A stretch of DNA of 59,741 bases, filler included, from Basidioascus undulatus (GCA_000826855.1; 8 parts of 8 records of this genome joined end to end with filler, not necessarily neighbours in it), one strand, 5' to 3'. Positions 36,721-50,290 are shown, numbered from the whole stretch's first letter. A program made the numbers and translations. Notes: generated from the sequence alone by a model not told the origin.

Positions 36721-38392
36721 GCTTGGTGCGACAACGGCGAGGCATGTGTAGGGGTTACATTGGGGTCGGAGGAGCTAGTCATGGTGTACACAAAGGCATT
36801 GGTCTTTTCTGCATGCATGTCCATCAAAGAAACATCTTTTGTTGTTCGACTGCGATCTTGCTTCCCGGCTCGGGCGTGAGGGCTGGCCCACGATCCTCGA
36901 CCTCTTGGCGACTTGCCCCTGGCGTCGCATTAACATTGCCAGTCGGCGAGGTTGTGACTCCGCGCGCCTACAGGCTCACAGGAAAGTTCGACACATAGGT
37001 CCGCCATGCGTGCTTGAAGGACCCTTGACCCATGGAACAATGCATGCGGGTGGTATTCAAGAATTCGCACACCTATTCGCCTACCACATCGTCGATTCGC
37101 CAGCCAGCCGAGATTGACCACCTCAACGCACACACATTTATTGAAGCATTGCCACTGTTTCTCTCTTCCAGGTGGCTGTGGCTGCTTCGAGCGGAGCGGC
37201 ATTACTTTCCGCATCGCCTCTCATCAAGTTGTTCTTGCTCGAGTCGCCAACCTGCCAACATTTGCCTTTTCTGCAGCAAATCTCAGTAGCGTGCGTGTTC
37301 TTTGGGCTCAGTTCGCCATGAACTAGCGTTTCACCTCTAATCTCGTGGAGAGTAATGAAACTTCCCGTGAACGGGCTCCACGGCATCCATTAGCGTGCAC
37401 GCCGGTGGCCGATGGTTTGCCAGTACTGTCAGTGCGAAGCCGGCTGCTCGTCGAACACCTACTGCTGTCCGCTCACGACGTCTAGCCGCAACGCCGACAA
37501 GGACTTCATCACGGTCAACGCTTCACGGTCAAGACGTCTTAGTTCAGGCCGCGATCTGCTTCCCAGCTCGCGGTCGGTCGGTTTGGACTGTATCTCTCGG
37601 CGACTTATCCCTGGCGTCGCATTGCCAATGATCCCCGAGGTAGTGGGTTTGCTCGCCTGCAGGTTCGTAGAAAATGCTCCACACAGCATCCATCATGAGT
37701 GTACTCCTTCACCTACCGGACAATGAGTGTCGGAATCGTCCAAGGCTGCCTACACCCGTCAGACAATGGGTCGTACCTCTCATACGTATCGAAAACCAGC
37801 ACCTACATAGTCTCATAAGACCGTTTCCCTCAAAGATTCCGTAACAACCTCTCAACCGTACCACAGCGTGCGCCCATCGACGCTGCACAGTGACAAACAT
37901 GCAGGCGCTCGTACGGCTCGTACGCGTGTACGCCCTCGCCCCCGCCCCCTTAGCCCTCCTCTTGGGATACATCCCATGCTCAAGTCCACATTGGACTTCA
38001 ACAAAGGCAATAGTCCCATCCCATTCCGGAGACGGACAGTCGCGCGTGCAAGATGATTTGTCCTCTGCAACTGCGGGAACCTCGCCGACAATCCGCCTTA
38101 ATACCCCTTCCGCCCGGTCTGCATCCACTGCGCACAGCCCCTCGCTCGGCACGCGGATAACCATCACGCATCGCATAACCGCACCCTTCGCCTCAAGCGC
38201 CCACATCCATCTCCACCTCCATATCCATCTCGCGTTTACGACCTTTCACGACTTACGATCCTATTACGACCTTCTTATCCGCCTCGATACCGNNNNNNNN
38301 NNNNNNNNNNNNNNNNNNNNNNNNNNNNNNNNNNNNTTAATTAATTAANNNNNNNNNNNNNNNNNNNNNNNNNNNNNNNNNNNNNNNNNNNN

Positions 38393-40404
38393 CGACTCGT
38401 CTGCACCCCCCGACGCGTCCACATCTTCCCTCAAAGCCTCCTCCGCCCTTCCGACTCCCTCCGCCGTCCGCGCACTCCCATCCCGCATCCCATCCCGCAT
38501 CGCTGCCTCCCGCGTAGCCGCCGCTTCCAGCTCAACCACCGCCCCCGCCCCCGCGAGCACCAAGCCCGACCCCTCCCACTCCACTCCTAGTCTGACCTTC
38601 GCATCTCTCGGCGTCTCCCCGCCGCTTGTCGCCGCCCTCAACAACATGTCCATCCGCCGGCCGACCGACATTCAGGTCGCCTGCTTGGGTCCCATCCTTA
38701 GCGGTAGGTCTTTCCGCTGGGTGATACACGTGAGTCCGTGGTACTGGGAAACTGACGCGTGGGCACCCTAGGTCGCGACTGCATCGGCTCTGCCAAGACC
38801 GGTTCGGGCAAGACCGTCGCCTTCGCGCTTCCCATCCTTCAAGCGCTCTCTAAAGACCCCTACGGCATCTTTGCGTTAGTCCTCACTCCTACTCGGTAAG
38901 TCGTTCTCGGTCCTAAGTATACAATTGCTCGTCCCTGATGTCGTCTTCTCTTCAATCCCTACAGCGAGCTCGCATTCCAGATCGCCGACCAGTTCCACGC
39001 CCTTGGCGGGCACCTCAACCTGTCCTGCCCCGTGATCGTCGGCGGCCTGGACATGATGACGCAGGCGCTCGCGCTCAAGCGCAAGCCGCACGTGGTCGTC
39101 GCTACGCCGGGGCGCCTCGTGGATCTGCTCAAGAGCGCAGCGGGCGAGTTGGATCTGTCCCGACTGCGGTATCTCGTGCGTCCGACCATTCTGCTCATCG
39201 CTCGAACATGAAGCTGATGTGTGCGAGAGCAGGTTTTGGATGAGGCTGACCGGCTGCTGAGCGATACGTTCGCCCCCGAGCTCGGCTATCTCTTCGGCCA
39301 GCTGCCGAAGCAGCGCCAGACCCTCCTCTTCACGGCCACGGTCACCCCCGCCATTATGGCTCTTCGCGACCGCACTCCACAGCCAGGCAAGGAGAAGCCG
39401 TTCGTGCACCTCATCGAGTCTGAGTGAGTCTGTCTCCCCAGCCTGTCGCTGTGCCGCCGAGCTGACTGAGAGGTATTTTCGCAGCACCACAACCGTCTCC
39501 ACCCTCTCGCAGCACTACGTGCACATCCCCTCGCACATTCGCGAGCCGTACCTGTACCACCTCCTCCTGCACCCGCCCGCGTCCGTCGAGTCGCAGCGCC
39601 ACGTCCCGCCCGACCTCTCCAAGCCGACGCCTACCTCCGCGCTCTCCGCCGAGCCGGCGAAGAAGAAGCGCAAACGCAAGCCGCGCCCCGCGCGCGACCC
39701 AAACGAGCTCCAGCCCGTGCCGACGATCATCTTCGCGCAGCGGTGCGAGACGGCCGCGCAGCTCACGCACATGCTGCAGCACCTGCGCGTGCGCTGCACG
39801 CCCCTCCACTCGCGCCTCTCGCAGCAGGAGCGGCTCCACTCCCTCGGCTTGTTCCGCGGCGGCGTCGTGCCTGTCCTCGTGGCGACGGACGTCGGGAGCA
39901 GAGGTCTCGATATCCCGGAGGTCGCGATGGTCATCAACTTTGACGTCCCGCGCAGCCCGGAGGACTACGTCCACCGCGTCGGTCGTACGGCCCGTGCCGG
40001 CAGGGGCGGTGTGGCCGTGAGCTTCGTGGGCGAGCGTGATGTCGAGCTTGTACACGCTATTGAGGAGCGGATAGGTGCGTCTGGGACTGCGGCAAGGGAC
40101 GCCGGGCGGACGATGAGCTGATCTCGTTTGTGTCCTTTTCGTTCGCAGGCACCCAGCTCATTGAGCACGAGATGTCCGAGACTAAGGTGCTCGAGAACCT
40201 CAACGCCGTCTTCACCGCCAAGCGCGTGGCAACCATGGTGCGTCTGCTCATCTTGCGCTGTGAGGGTTCGTCGTTGCTGACGCGTCGCTCTTGCCGTAGG
40301 CTCTTCACGACTCGAAATTCGGCGAGCGCGAGGAGATCCACAAGAAGAAGGTGAAGAAGCGTCAGAAGCTCGAGAGTCGAGCGGCTGCGGAGGGAGCGTC
40401 GTAG
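38393..40404 (+). CDS. DBP8: DEAD-box RNA helicase Dbp8/DDX49; 5' truncated
   Basis: Q motif [36 protein letters not shown] (Dbp8-typical), [41 protein letters not shown] at 40402-40404. Confidence 0.95.
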
Positions 40405-40576
40405 ACCGGCATAGATCTTTGCTTTACGCATGCTTTGACTGCTTTCTGTTCGCGCTCGTTGGTTACTGAGACATGACAGAATGATATTGCAGCCTTCGGA
40501 AAGAGTCTGAGTCTACAGGTCTCCTCAATAGCACCTCCACCACTTTCTCCCTTTAGGCCCGCCTTCTTGCCCCTCC

Positions 40577-43500
40577 TCAACGTTCGCCTTGCGGATGATT
40601 AAAAAACAACGTCTCGGTCCCGAGCGGCGTAACCGCGTAGTCCATCCACGCCCAGGCGCTCCGCCTCGCGCGCCATGAGCTCAAACACGTCCGCGAGCGA
40701 CGTGCTTCCGTTCCCGCCGACCGGGATCTCGTACCGTGTCGCGACGTCCTCGGCGGGCTGCGCGCCGGTGAAGCGCTCGACCAGAACCGCCCACACCGCA
40801 ACCATGCTTCACGCTTCGACAACGCATCCATGCCGGACTGCGGAGAGGGGAGTTAGTCAGGAGAGCGACAGGCACTCTGTGGAGCAGCCTCGGTCGTACA
40901 GAAAACTCATCGACACATAGGACATCAGGGTTGCCTGTAGTGCTAAACATGGTCAGATGATTGTCGTCCACTTGCAGTCTGCGGTGCAAGTACCGATAAG
41001 CGAGATGGCTAGAGAGAGCTCGTGCAATTCAGGTCAGCGGTGGACTTTCAAGTGCAAAAGAGGCGCTGCAGCGCACCTGGTTTCCTCCTCCAGACAGCTT
41101 ACGAGCGAACCGAAGCCACGTACGGCGTCAAACCAACGTGCGCAATGTCTCTAAGATTTATCGTTCAGAAAGTTCATAGAGCCGTGCGTCACGTCGTTCC
41201 AAACAGGCGAAACGGCTCTGGCGGCGTTAGCTGTCTTGGCCGGGGTGCAAGTCGTACTGGCGGTGCATCGCTCGTTTGTGTTCTTGAATATACCTGGCGC
41301 TGAACACTGGCCTATGGGTAGTTGAGCTATATTACCGCCTGTCTGCTTGTGCTCACATACGTCAAATCGGTCCAAGCGTCTAACTTGCTCACAGTGCTGC
41401 GTGAGTGTTTCACCTGCTCAAAACTATCAATGTGCTCGCTGAGCTCCAGGCCTGTAGACTTCACCATCTCCATTGTTGCTCCCGTGTGCAGCATCATTCA
41501 CGCCGTCCTCGTGCGTGTCCCTCAGTCCCGTCCCAGTGCGCTGCTCAACCATGGCCCTTCAGGTCTCCATCAACCTGTTCTCGCCGCCATGCGAGGGAAC
41601 GGGTGGCTTCCGCAACGAGCCCGGCCACATCTTCGAGTTCGGCGGACCCATCCTCTACCTAATCGTTCCTCATCTATTTCTTCCATCCTCGTTCTTGTCG
41701 ACAGCGGCACACTGAAGACCTTCACCTCCCGCCTTCCGGCCGCGAAGTCCTTACGACGACGCTCGAGCGCGCCGGAGAAGGCCTCGGACCAGGACGTGTT
41801 GGCCGAGCAGCAACGTGTATCGAACAGCGACACTTGCTCCGCGTCTTGCACATCTCCAAGCGCTTCGGCATGAACCAGGCGCTGCAGGACGTCAGCTTCG
41901 GCGCACAGCGGGGAGAATGCTTTGCTCTTATGTAGGCTGTTTTCCCTGCTTCGCGAGGCAGATACGACTGACAATGTGAACAGTGGGCCGAACGAAGCGG
42001 GCAAGTCGACAAGGTGGGCCACTTGCAGCTGCGCGCTTTCACGCTCACACTGCTCCAGTCGCCTGCATGGGGTGAAGAGGGTAAGGCGGGTGTCCAATAG
42101 AGAACTGTATAACTTACGCCGAACGGAGTGTAGGGCAAAGTTTTGGTACCTAAACAGCCGGCAAAACATCATCTGCCGTACTGCACATGTGGGCAAAAGC
42201 AAGACGTACGAGGGGAAGATGCGATGACCATCAACGTCCGCGGTCCGAGCGAACAGCACGTTGGACAGCGCATTCAAGATCCTCGGACCGATAAGCTCGC
42301 CAGCTGAGGCTTCCCAGGCCAAGAGGCTCGAACCGTCGTCTTGAACGGCGAGACCGCCGAACGAGAGATTGCGGTAGTTGTCGGTAACCACTGAAACGAA
42401 TGCTGCATCCGGAAGCTCCGTGACAGGCAAAGTCGCGTTGGCGCCAGGAGTGAGCGGACCCAGTACGCCCGGCGGAGCAGCGAGGAGAGTGTCTTCGTCG
42501 GAGGGTGCTGCAAGAGCGCGAGCAGCGTAAAGCGAAGAAGGGAAATAAAGCGACTCCAGGTATTCGATCGAGAGAGTGCGGTCGCTGTGGAAGAAATGAC
42601 CGACCCACCACGTCTTACACATGTGCATGTATGCTGCGCTCACTAGGTCTGGTCTCCGTTCGCCATAAAGACGAGGGGGATGCCCGTAGTGACGACGACG
42701 ACGACGAGCGCCAAGAGCGGAATAGTCCAGCCGCGACGGAAAAACGCGCCAGCGCTTTCGGAAAATAACAGACTCCTGGTAGAGTGGAGAAGTCGCCCGT
42801 CCCTTCGCGAGGTGCAGAGCGTGGCGGCGAAGAGGAGCGGTGGAAGTCTCAACAGGCAAGCTCTTCTAGGAGTTGGCTGACGACTTCTCGAGTGCGGGAG
42901 CAAGCTGACGAGCTTTGAGAGTCGGCGCATAGAAATGTGTACGCACGCGAGGAAGACCTCTTCCAGCGTCGTTATCGAAGCATCGATGTCTGTTCCACAA
43001 TTCGTCTGTCAGATCATTCACCGGAGGCACATACTAGCGCAGGCAACGCACCTGGTAGACCAAATTCGCTCTTGTGCTGGTCGAGAACTCGCAGAGCCAG
43101 CGCGACAGCCACTGCTTCTCGCGTGCAGAGGTGAAGAGCTGCGGATCGCTCGCTCACCGCATCGAGCTCAGCAGCCGGCGCCGGACCGCGGACGAGCTGG
43201 GTCGAGCTGTTGCGGCGAAGGTGGTGATGCGAACGTGAGGTGGATTTTGTATCCGGACGACCTCGAAGACTTCAGCGCGACTGGCGAACCGTTGCCGACT
43301 AGCCGACCCGGAGCCGCGAGGATCTGCACCTCATCGCCGAGAAGATCCTGTGCAGAAAGTGTAAGAGGGTGAAAATGATATATGGTTGAAGCGATGCACG
43401 GCCTCGTCCAAGAAATGGGTGGTGAGAAGAATGGTACGCGACAGGCGTTGCTGTACACAAGCAATTCAGCACGGAACGGGGCGCTGTATTCCGAAAGCTA

Positions 43501-44068
43501 CCCTCTGCGCACCTGGATTAGGACCGACCAAATGGCACGGCGGCTGAGTGGGTCGAGTCCAGACGTAATCTGCAGCCGAACAACCCTCAGCGCCGGGCGG
43601 AAGGGATCAAACGAAAGCTAAATTACATCGTCAGAGAGCAGCAACGTCGAGCCTCCGCTGAGAGCGATAGCGAGTTGCAGTTTGCATTTCAGCCCACCGC
43701 TCAACCTGAACGTCACGCATCGCATCAGCTGACAGTTCAAAGGAACAGAACAGGCGCATGAACGTAGTGCTTGATCTCACGCTCACTTGTTCGCAAGGTC
43801 GCATTGACCCAACAGATCCTCCGCGTCTTCGTCGTTCGAGCTGTCGCGGGATTTGATGGCTTGCCAGAGGCGGAACATGGTGAACACATGTCAGCTCCTT
43901 CCAGAGCACGTTCTTTTGCGGACATATTCCGAGCGGTGCAGGAGAAGGGACTCGTACGACAGCGCCGCGCGTGGGCGACGCAATGCCGGTGATAATGGAG
44001 AGCTGAATTAGCGCTCCCATTCTCTATCGCATCCGTTTCAACAGCTTACGCAGGTAGATTTGCCTGCG
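40577..44068 (-). pseudogene. ABCA-subfamily transporter pseudogene: N-terminal TMD missing, frameshifts, deletions and an internal inversion
   Basis: Minus strand: GAGKST (~44060), LGICPQKNVLWKELT, LLGDEVQILAAPGRLVGNGSPVALK..GY, IFRKRWRVF, NYRNLSFGG; then near 41100-40800 RKLSGG, LSLAISLIG|NPDVLCVDEFS|SGMDALSKR. Confidence 0.85.
41180..42013 (+). pseudogene. Inverted internal segment of the ABCA pseudogene (end of TMD2 plus start of NBD2)
   Basis: Plus strand: YITACLLVLTYVK, FTISIVAPVCSIIHA, VSINLFS, FGGPILYLIV, DVLAEQQRV, LRVLHISKRFG, ALQDVSFG..GECFAL|GPNEAGKST. Confidence 0.8.
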
Positions 44069-45548
44069 CCTACCAGTCCATGCTATAGGTATGCAAACGT
44101 GCGAGACGAGGAGGGTGTCCGGAAGTAGGCCGGCGGAAGAGGACCGGAACTGCCACCGTCCTCGCAAGCAGATTCGGACAGCGAGCGTAGGTACGTGCTC
44201 GGAGTGTTGTACCGCGGGTTTCGTAAGATTTTGTACCTCTGCGTGTTTGGGAAAGGTGGGACGGAGTGGAAAGGAAGGAGCAAGGCTCTCCAGGTTTCTA
44301 GTGAGCGTGCCGACCGATCCCCTGTCCTGGCTGAACGACTGAACGACTTGCCTTCAATGGGAACACATGCAGGACTTATTTACGCGTCGGCTCACCACAG
44401 CCCACAAAGCCGGCAAAATGCCCATCTGCTGCCAGCGAGTAGCATCCTCGCGCCATTCATACTCAACTCATGCGCAACGCGCCGCCCCAGCCCCTCGCAG
44501 CCACGTGGCCCCCTGCCATCCTTGCGCACTGTCTTGCATTTTCCTCATCACGAGGCCAGACAGGGGGCATGCACCCGCCGCCTGAGTGCAGGATTCACTC
44601 GGCTCTCGCACCAGAGGGGGATCAGGTGCGGATGGCGAGCCGCAAGCGAGCGAGGGCGAATGGGGACCGGCGGCGGGCGACGGCTGCGAAGCGACGCACC
44701 CGAGGGGGAGACGTCACAAGAGCGATGCGATGAGGGACGTTGACGTTCTTCCTTCATTGCGTTGCTTTCACCCCTCGCACCTCAACAACGAACAACCACC
44801 TCTTCCCATCCACAATCCATAACGACCACGCGCTTGAGCTCGACGCCCTCGCCAGCGACGACGACCTCTCCTGACACGTACGCGATAAGCTACGCGAGAT
44901 GACGCAAGACACGCACTCCTTTGAACAGCAGCCGCTCAACGCTGCGAAGGTGGGTGTCCTGTCGTGATCTCTTCTCTTCACTTTCAGGCCTTGCGAGGAA
45001 AGGGCAATGGATGGGTGTCAGAGAGTGCGGCCCGCTCTGTTCGCCGAGTCCGGATGAGACGCGTCTCGGAAGGAGGGAGGGCCAGAAGCCGTGCGGTTCG
45101 GTTCGCAGCGGCTCAGGGGGAGGGCGTTGTCGCTGTGTCGCTTCCTTATCTCTTGCGCTTGCGACGACCGGCCTCGCTTGCGCAAATGACAATGCGGACT
45201 GGGGTGGGCTTCTAAAGGAACGAGCGCGTCGTATTCTCCTGTTCCTGCTCTTCTGCCCTATCGCCCTGCTCCTGCTTGGCCTCGCACACATCCTCCCCTG
45301 ATTCCCCTCCGGTACTGACGAGCCCACGCCCTACCCTCCTCATTCACCCCCTCCTTGACCCACGATGTCCCTCCCCATCCGCGTCCCCACCGCCCATGCG
45401 CCCGACTTCCCCACCTCGCCCTTCCCGCACCCCCGCAAACCCACCCCCNNNNNNNNNNNNNNNNNNNNNNNNNNNNNNNNNNNNNNNNNNNNTTAATTAA
45501 TTAANNNNNNNNNNNNNNNNNNNNNNNNNNNNNNNNNNNNNNNNNNNN

Positions 45549-46991
45549 CCATGGCGCCCGAGTCGCCCGCACCCGCCGCGGCAGGCCACCGCACCCCGAG
45601 CGCCTCCGCGAGCCCCTGAACGAGACACCTCCTCGTCCTGGTCCTCCTCGCGACCCCCCAACTAAGCCTATTACTAGCCGCGCCCATCGGCCTGCCACTC
45701 CCGCCCAAAGCCAGCCACGCGCCCACGCCCTCGCGCACCTCGCGCACCTCGCTCTCCACCTCCTCCCCGCCCTCGTCCAGCCACGACTCGCCCCCCGCGA
45801 GATCCACCTCCGCGCCCCACCCCTCCGCGCCGCTCCCCTTCTCGCGCCGTGCAACTCGCTTCTTCGGGGCCTTCGCGGACTTCTCCTTCTTCGGCTTTTC
45901 CTTGACGACTACCCGCGCTTCGCCCCCGCCCACTTCGAGGGAGGCGAGCGCGCGAGGCATGGGCTTGCCTTGCAGCTCGGGCCGCCGCGCAACTTCCAGC
46001 TCGTAGAGGAGGACGTCGTATGGTTTAGAGCGACCCGTGACGGCGCGTTTGGCGCCCATGCTGTGCGTTTTGCAGGTGAGGGACCGCGAGCAGGGGAGCC
46101 CCTTCGCGTTGATCACGCCGCAGTGCTGGTCGAGGTCGACGGGGCCTGGGGGGCAGTGTTCAGCATGTTCCTTCTTCTTGGTTTGAGAAGAAGAATGCTG
46201 AGACCCACCCTTGTGCCGCTTCCCGCCCTTGCCCTTCTTCTTCTCCCCCGCGCCCGGCCCAGGCATCCCGTCCTCCCCGCCTCCGTCCTCGCCGTCCTCG
46301 ACCTTGAGCTTCTTAGTCTTCTTCGGGGGGCTCCCGCCGGGGGTGCTTGCTGTACAACTCAACTCGTCAGATCAAATGGGAGTGTAAGGGAGAAGGGAGG
46401 GAGGCGAGACCCACCGTCCTCCGACATCCTCCGCTTCTTCGACCCGCCCGCCGCGAGCGCCGCGGCTTCGCGCTCCTCCTTTTTGCGCTGGTAGTACGAG
46501 AGCTTTTTTGAGGGGTTGCGGATCTTGAGGCAGTTGGCTGGTCGTCCTTCCTCCGAACGTTCAGCACTCCAACAACAGCGAGGGGAGAGAGGGAAAGGGG
46601 AGGGACGCACCCGCATGCTCAGCGATCGCGCTTTTTCGAACAGGCCGAGAACACTCCGCGCACGTTACGAGCTCGCCCCCTTCGTCGGGGACGGCGGAGA
46701 GCGGGTGCGAGCCGTACGTCTTCATTTCGGCTGCGGAGAGCGAGCTGGTCGGTGGGCTGACGGGCGGGGGAGGGGGGGGGTCGCCTGTCACCCAATCACC
46801 ATCCCGTCATCCAGCATCGTTTCTAGGCATTGTCCAGATTCATATAGGGAAGGTGAAGACGCACTGGACGTGGAAGACGCAGCGGAGAGCGAGGCGGGCG
46901 AGCGCGCCTGGGCGGCGATGGACGCCCACCCTTGCACGCTCCCTTGTGGGGCGGGCGACGGCGAGGGCGTGGGGGTGAGCTTGATCGCCAT
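45549..46991 (-). CDS. SGF73: SAGA subunit Sgf73 / ataxin-7 homologue; 3' truncated
   Basis: MAIKL start (ATG 46991), ZnF-Sgf73 [20 protein letters not shown], and SCA7 domain [46 protein letters not shown]. Confidence 0.93.
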
Positions 46992-47370
46992 GCTTTGTGT
47001 GCGGCCGTACGCCGGAGGACGGGCGCGTGGTTGTGGCAATGAGATGAGACGGCAACGGAGAGCGCGACGCGATACGCCCGGGACGGTTCCGGGGATGGGA
47101 GCCGGTAGAGTGAGGCCTGAAACACCGAGCTTGCTGCCCACTTTTTTCATTCAGTTCTTTCATCCATCCATAATAATACGGTGAAAAATGCCCTCGGATA
47201 TGCCCTGTGTATCAAATTTATCCACCACCTGTTGCATTCAACGCGCCAATCGACGTCGACCGACGCCTCTGAATTATCGAAGCAGCGGCTGTCAAAGCAC
47301 GCGCAACTGGCTTTGCATCCGAGGGGTCGAGCGCACGCGAAGTCGGATGCCGACGCAGGTTACAACTTCG

Positions 47371-47400
47371 ACGCTCGCAAACGCTCGCAAACGCTCGCAA
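47371..47400. repeat. Perfect 10-bp tandem repeat (ACGCTCGCAA)x3 in the divergent SGF73/MAM3 intergenic region
   Basis: Directly visible. Confidence 0.9.
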
Positions 47401-47776
47401 AGATCTTCTCTCTTCTTTACCCTTTTCAGTATCCTCTGCATTTGAATACAGTGAAGGCTGGACACGCGTAGGGCTGCGTCTTCCGTGAGTACATGCTGTG
47501 GCTCTAAGCGGGGATGGAAGGGGTGGACTGCGCCATGCTCACCCTCGCGTGTTGCCGTCCTTCTTCCTTCTTCCCAGTCGCCAGTAACGCCGTCTGGTTC
47601 CTACGCTGCCCACACCGAGGCTCTTTCGCCTCCCCTCGCCCTCCCCGCGCCGTTCCTGTCTGACCCTGCGCGCATTCCAGCGATATTCTCTCCCCTCCTC
47701 CCTCCTCCGCCCATAGAGCCTCACCGCCCATAAAGCCCGCACACACCATCATCCCTCCGCCTTCCACACCACCATC

Positions 47777-50290
47777 ATGCACCCCTCCATACGCGCCCAC
47801 TCCAAACCCCGGCTCGCCCACCCCCTCATCGTCTTCCTCCCGCTCCTGCCCACCTTCCTCCGCGCCTCGCCCCTCCTCCCCTACCCCTCCCTCTCCTTCG
47901 CCACCAACCGCGGCCTCGGCTCGCCCATCAAGCACGGCATGGGCAGCGCCGGGAACGGGACGCACCACCGCGTGCCGCATGTCGACCCGGACGTGCCGAG
48001 CGACCATCCGCTGTTCGGTGTCTGTGCGTTCTCCCCTTCCCTACCTCCGCGCCCTGGCCCGGAGCTGAAAAAAGTGCGGAGGGACAGATTTGATCATCAT
48101 CGCGGCCCTCATTCTCCTTGGCGGGGCGTTCGCGGGGCTGACGATCAGTCTGCTGGGGATGGACCGGGTGCGTTCCTCCTCCTTCTCCTGTCCCCAGGGC
48201 AAACACTCTGATCCTTTTCCCGCAGGTCAACCTCGTCGTCCTTGCCCAGGCGGGCGACGAGAAGGAGCGCAAGCGGGCGCCGCAAGTCCTCAAGCTGCTC
48301 GACAAGGGACGGCACTGGGTGGGTCTCCCTTCTCCTTCTCCCCCTCCCCTGCTCTCTTTCGCTCATCTTCCCCTGCCCACCCTCACAGGTCCTCGTCACC
48401 CTCCTCCTCTGCAATGTGCGTCCCCCCCCAATCTCCCTCAAACCCCATGCTCACCCTCCGCCCACCCCAGACCCTCATCAACGAGTCCCTCCCGATCTTC
48501 CTCGACTCGGTCATCGGCGGCGGCCTCATCGCCATCCTCGTCTCCACCGCGCTCATCCTCCTCTTCGGGGAGATCATTCCACAGGGTTCGTCGCTCCTCC
48601 CCATTCTCCTCCTCACCCTCCCTCTCCCTCTTCCCTTTGCAACCTTCTTACACCTCGCGCGGTGCCGGCCAGCCGTCTGCGTCCGCTACGGCCTCCGCGT
48701 CGGCTCGCTCGCGGCGCCGTTCGTCCTCACGCTCATGTACCTCCTCGCGCCCATCGCGCTGCCTATCGCCAAGGCGCGTCTCTCCCCTCCACCCCGTCAT
48801 TGTGCTTTTGAGATTTTGTGAGCCCGGCTGACGAGGGAGGGAACAGATCCTTGACCTTGTGCTGGGCCACGACGACGCGGGGACGCAGTACCGCCGCACG
48901 GAGCTCAAGACGTTCGTGGAGGTCGGGATGGAGGAGGCGCTGTTGGAGGATGAGGTGCGTTTTCGACATACCCAGCTCACACCCTTGCGCAAGGAGAACT
49001 GAGAAGGTGTGGTATGGGCACCAGGTCAAGATGATCCGCGGCGTGCTCGACTTGACGACTACTACAGTCCAGATGATCATGACCCCGCTGGAGGATGTTT
49101 ATATATTGGGGGCGGACCAGATCCTGGTGCGTCCTTTTTCTCCCTCATCTCTTCCAATTTCCGTCTGCGCAGTAGACTGATTGGGAGCGGGCACGCGGAG
49201 TAGGACAAAGAGCGGGTTGCGGACGTGCGTTTGACTTTCTAGCATATGTCGAAACCAAGGAAAGCTGAGATAAGGTGGACCACAGATCTCAGCTTGCGGC
49301 CTGTCCCGCATTCCCGTGCACGCTGCTTCGCAGCGCGCGAACTTCATCGGGATGCTCTTGTGGGTGCTGCTCCTCCTATCACCTCAAGTCCATCTCTGAA
49401 TATTTTCTCTTTTTGCGACACGGAACAACAGAGTCAAGTCCCTAGTAGGCTATGACCCCTCCGCGCGCCTCCCCGTCTCGGCCCTGCCGCTCGCGCCTCT
49501 GCCGGAGACGGAGCCGGGCATGACGTGCACGGTGTGTCGTCATCTTGGATTTGGAATTTGAAGGGAAACTGAGAGAGGGGGAAACAGGACGCACTCAACT
49601 TCTTTCAGACTGGCAAGGCGCATATGATGCTCGTCAGCGCGCACCCGGGCGAACCGAAGGGCGCGCTGGGGATTGTTACGCTCGAGGATGTGTACGTTAC
49701 GCTAATATGACTGGTGATTCACAACGAAGGGAAGCTGATGTTCGTGTGTGGGTGGTGGGGTGAACAAAAGGTTGGAGGAGTTGATCGGGGAGGAGATCGT
49801 CGATGAAACAGAGTGCGTCAATGGGTTCTGGAAGTCCAGTGGAAGTGATGAGGGCTGATGCTAGGAACTTCCCCTGCACAGCGTCTATATCGACGTGCAT
49901 GCGCGCGTGCGCGTCCTGCGCCCCCCGTCCTCACGCCCCACACAGCGCACGCAAGCCGCCCTCCCCGCCCTGGCCGACGCGCTCCTCGCGCGCGGGCAGC
50001 GCAGGCTCTCGCGCCCCCCGGGGGGTAGGAACCACCGCAAGAGTGGGGCGACGCCGCGCTGGGGGTGGGGCGGGACGGGGACGGGCACGCCCGCGGTTAC
50101 GCCGACTCCGGCTACGGCGGCGGAGGATGGGGACGCGGTGGGATCGGTCTCAGAGAGGACGCCGCTGCTGGGGAGGGGGGTGGTGCTTGGGGGGTCTGAG
50201 CTCGGAGATGGGGAGAGTGAGAATATAGGGGAGGCGGATGGGGCGGAGGGGGCGGCTGCGGGGGAGGGGAGGGATAGAGGGAGGGATTGA
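47777..50290 (+). CDS. MAM3: CNNM/Mam3 family DUF21 + CBS-pair metal transporter, multi-exon
   Basis: LILLGGAFAGLTISLLGMD, LLDKGRHW|VLVTLLLCN|TLINESLPIFLD, FGEIIPQ|AVCVRYGLRVG, YRRTELKTFV, MTPLEDVY, LNFFQTGKAHMMLVS, GIVTLED|LEELIGEEIVDET. Confidence 0.92.

Noticed and set aside
45186..45301. Hydrophobic stretch RRILLFLLFCPIALLLLGLAHILP as the missing ABCA N-terminus
   Set aside because: Wrong strand relative to the main ABCA body, no ABCA motif, and terminated by a stop.
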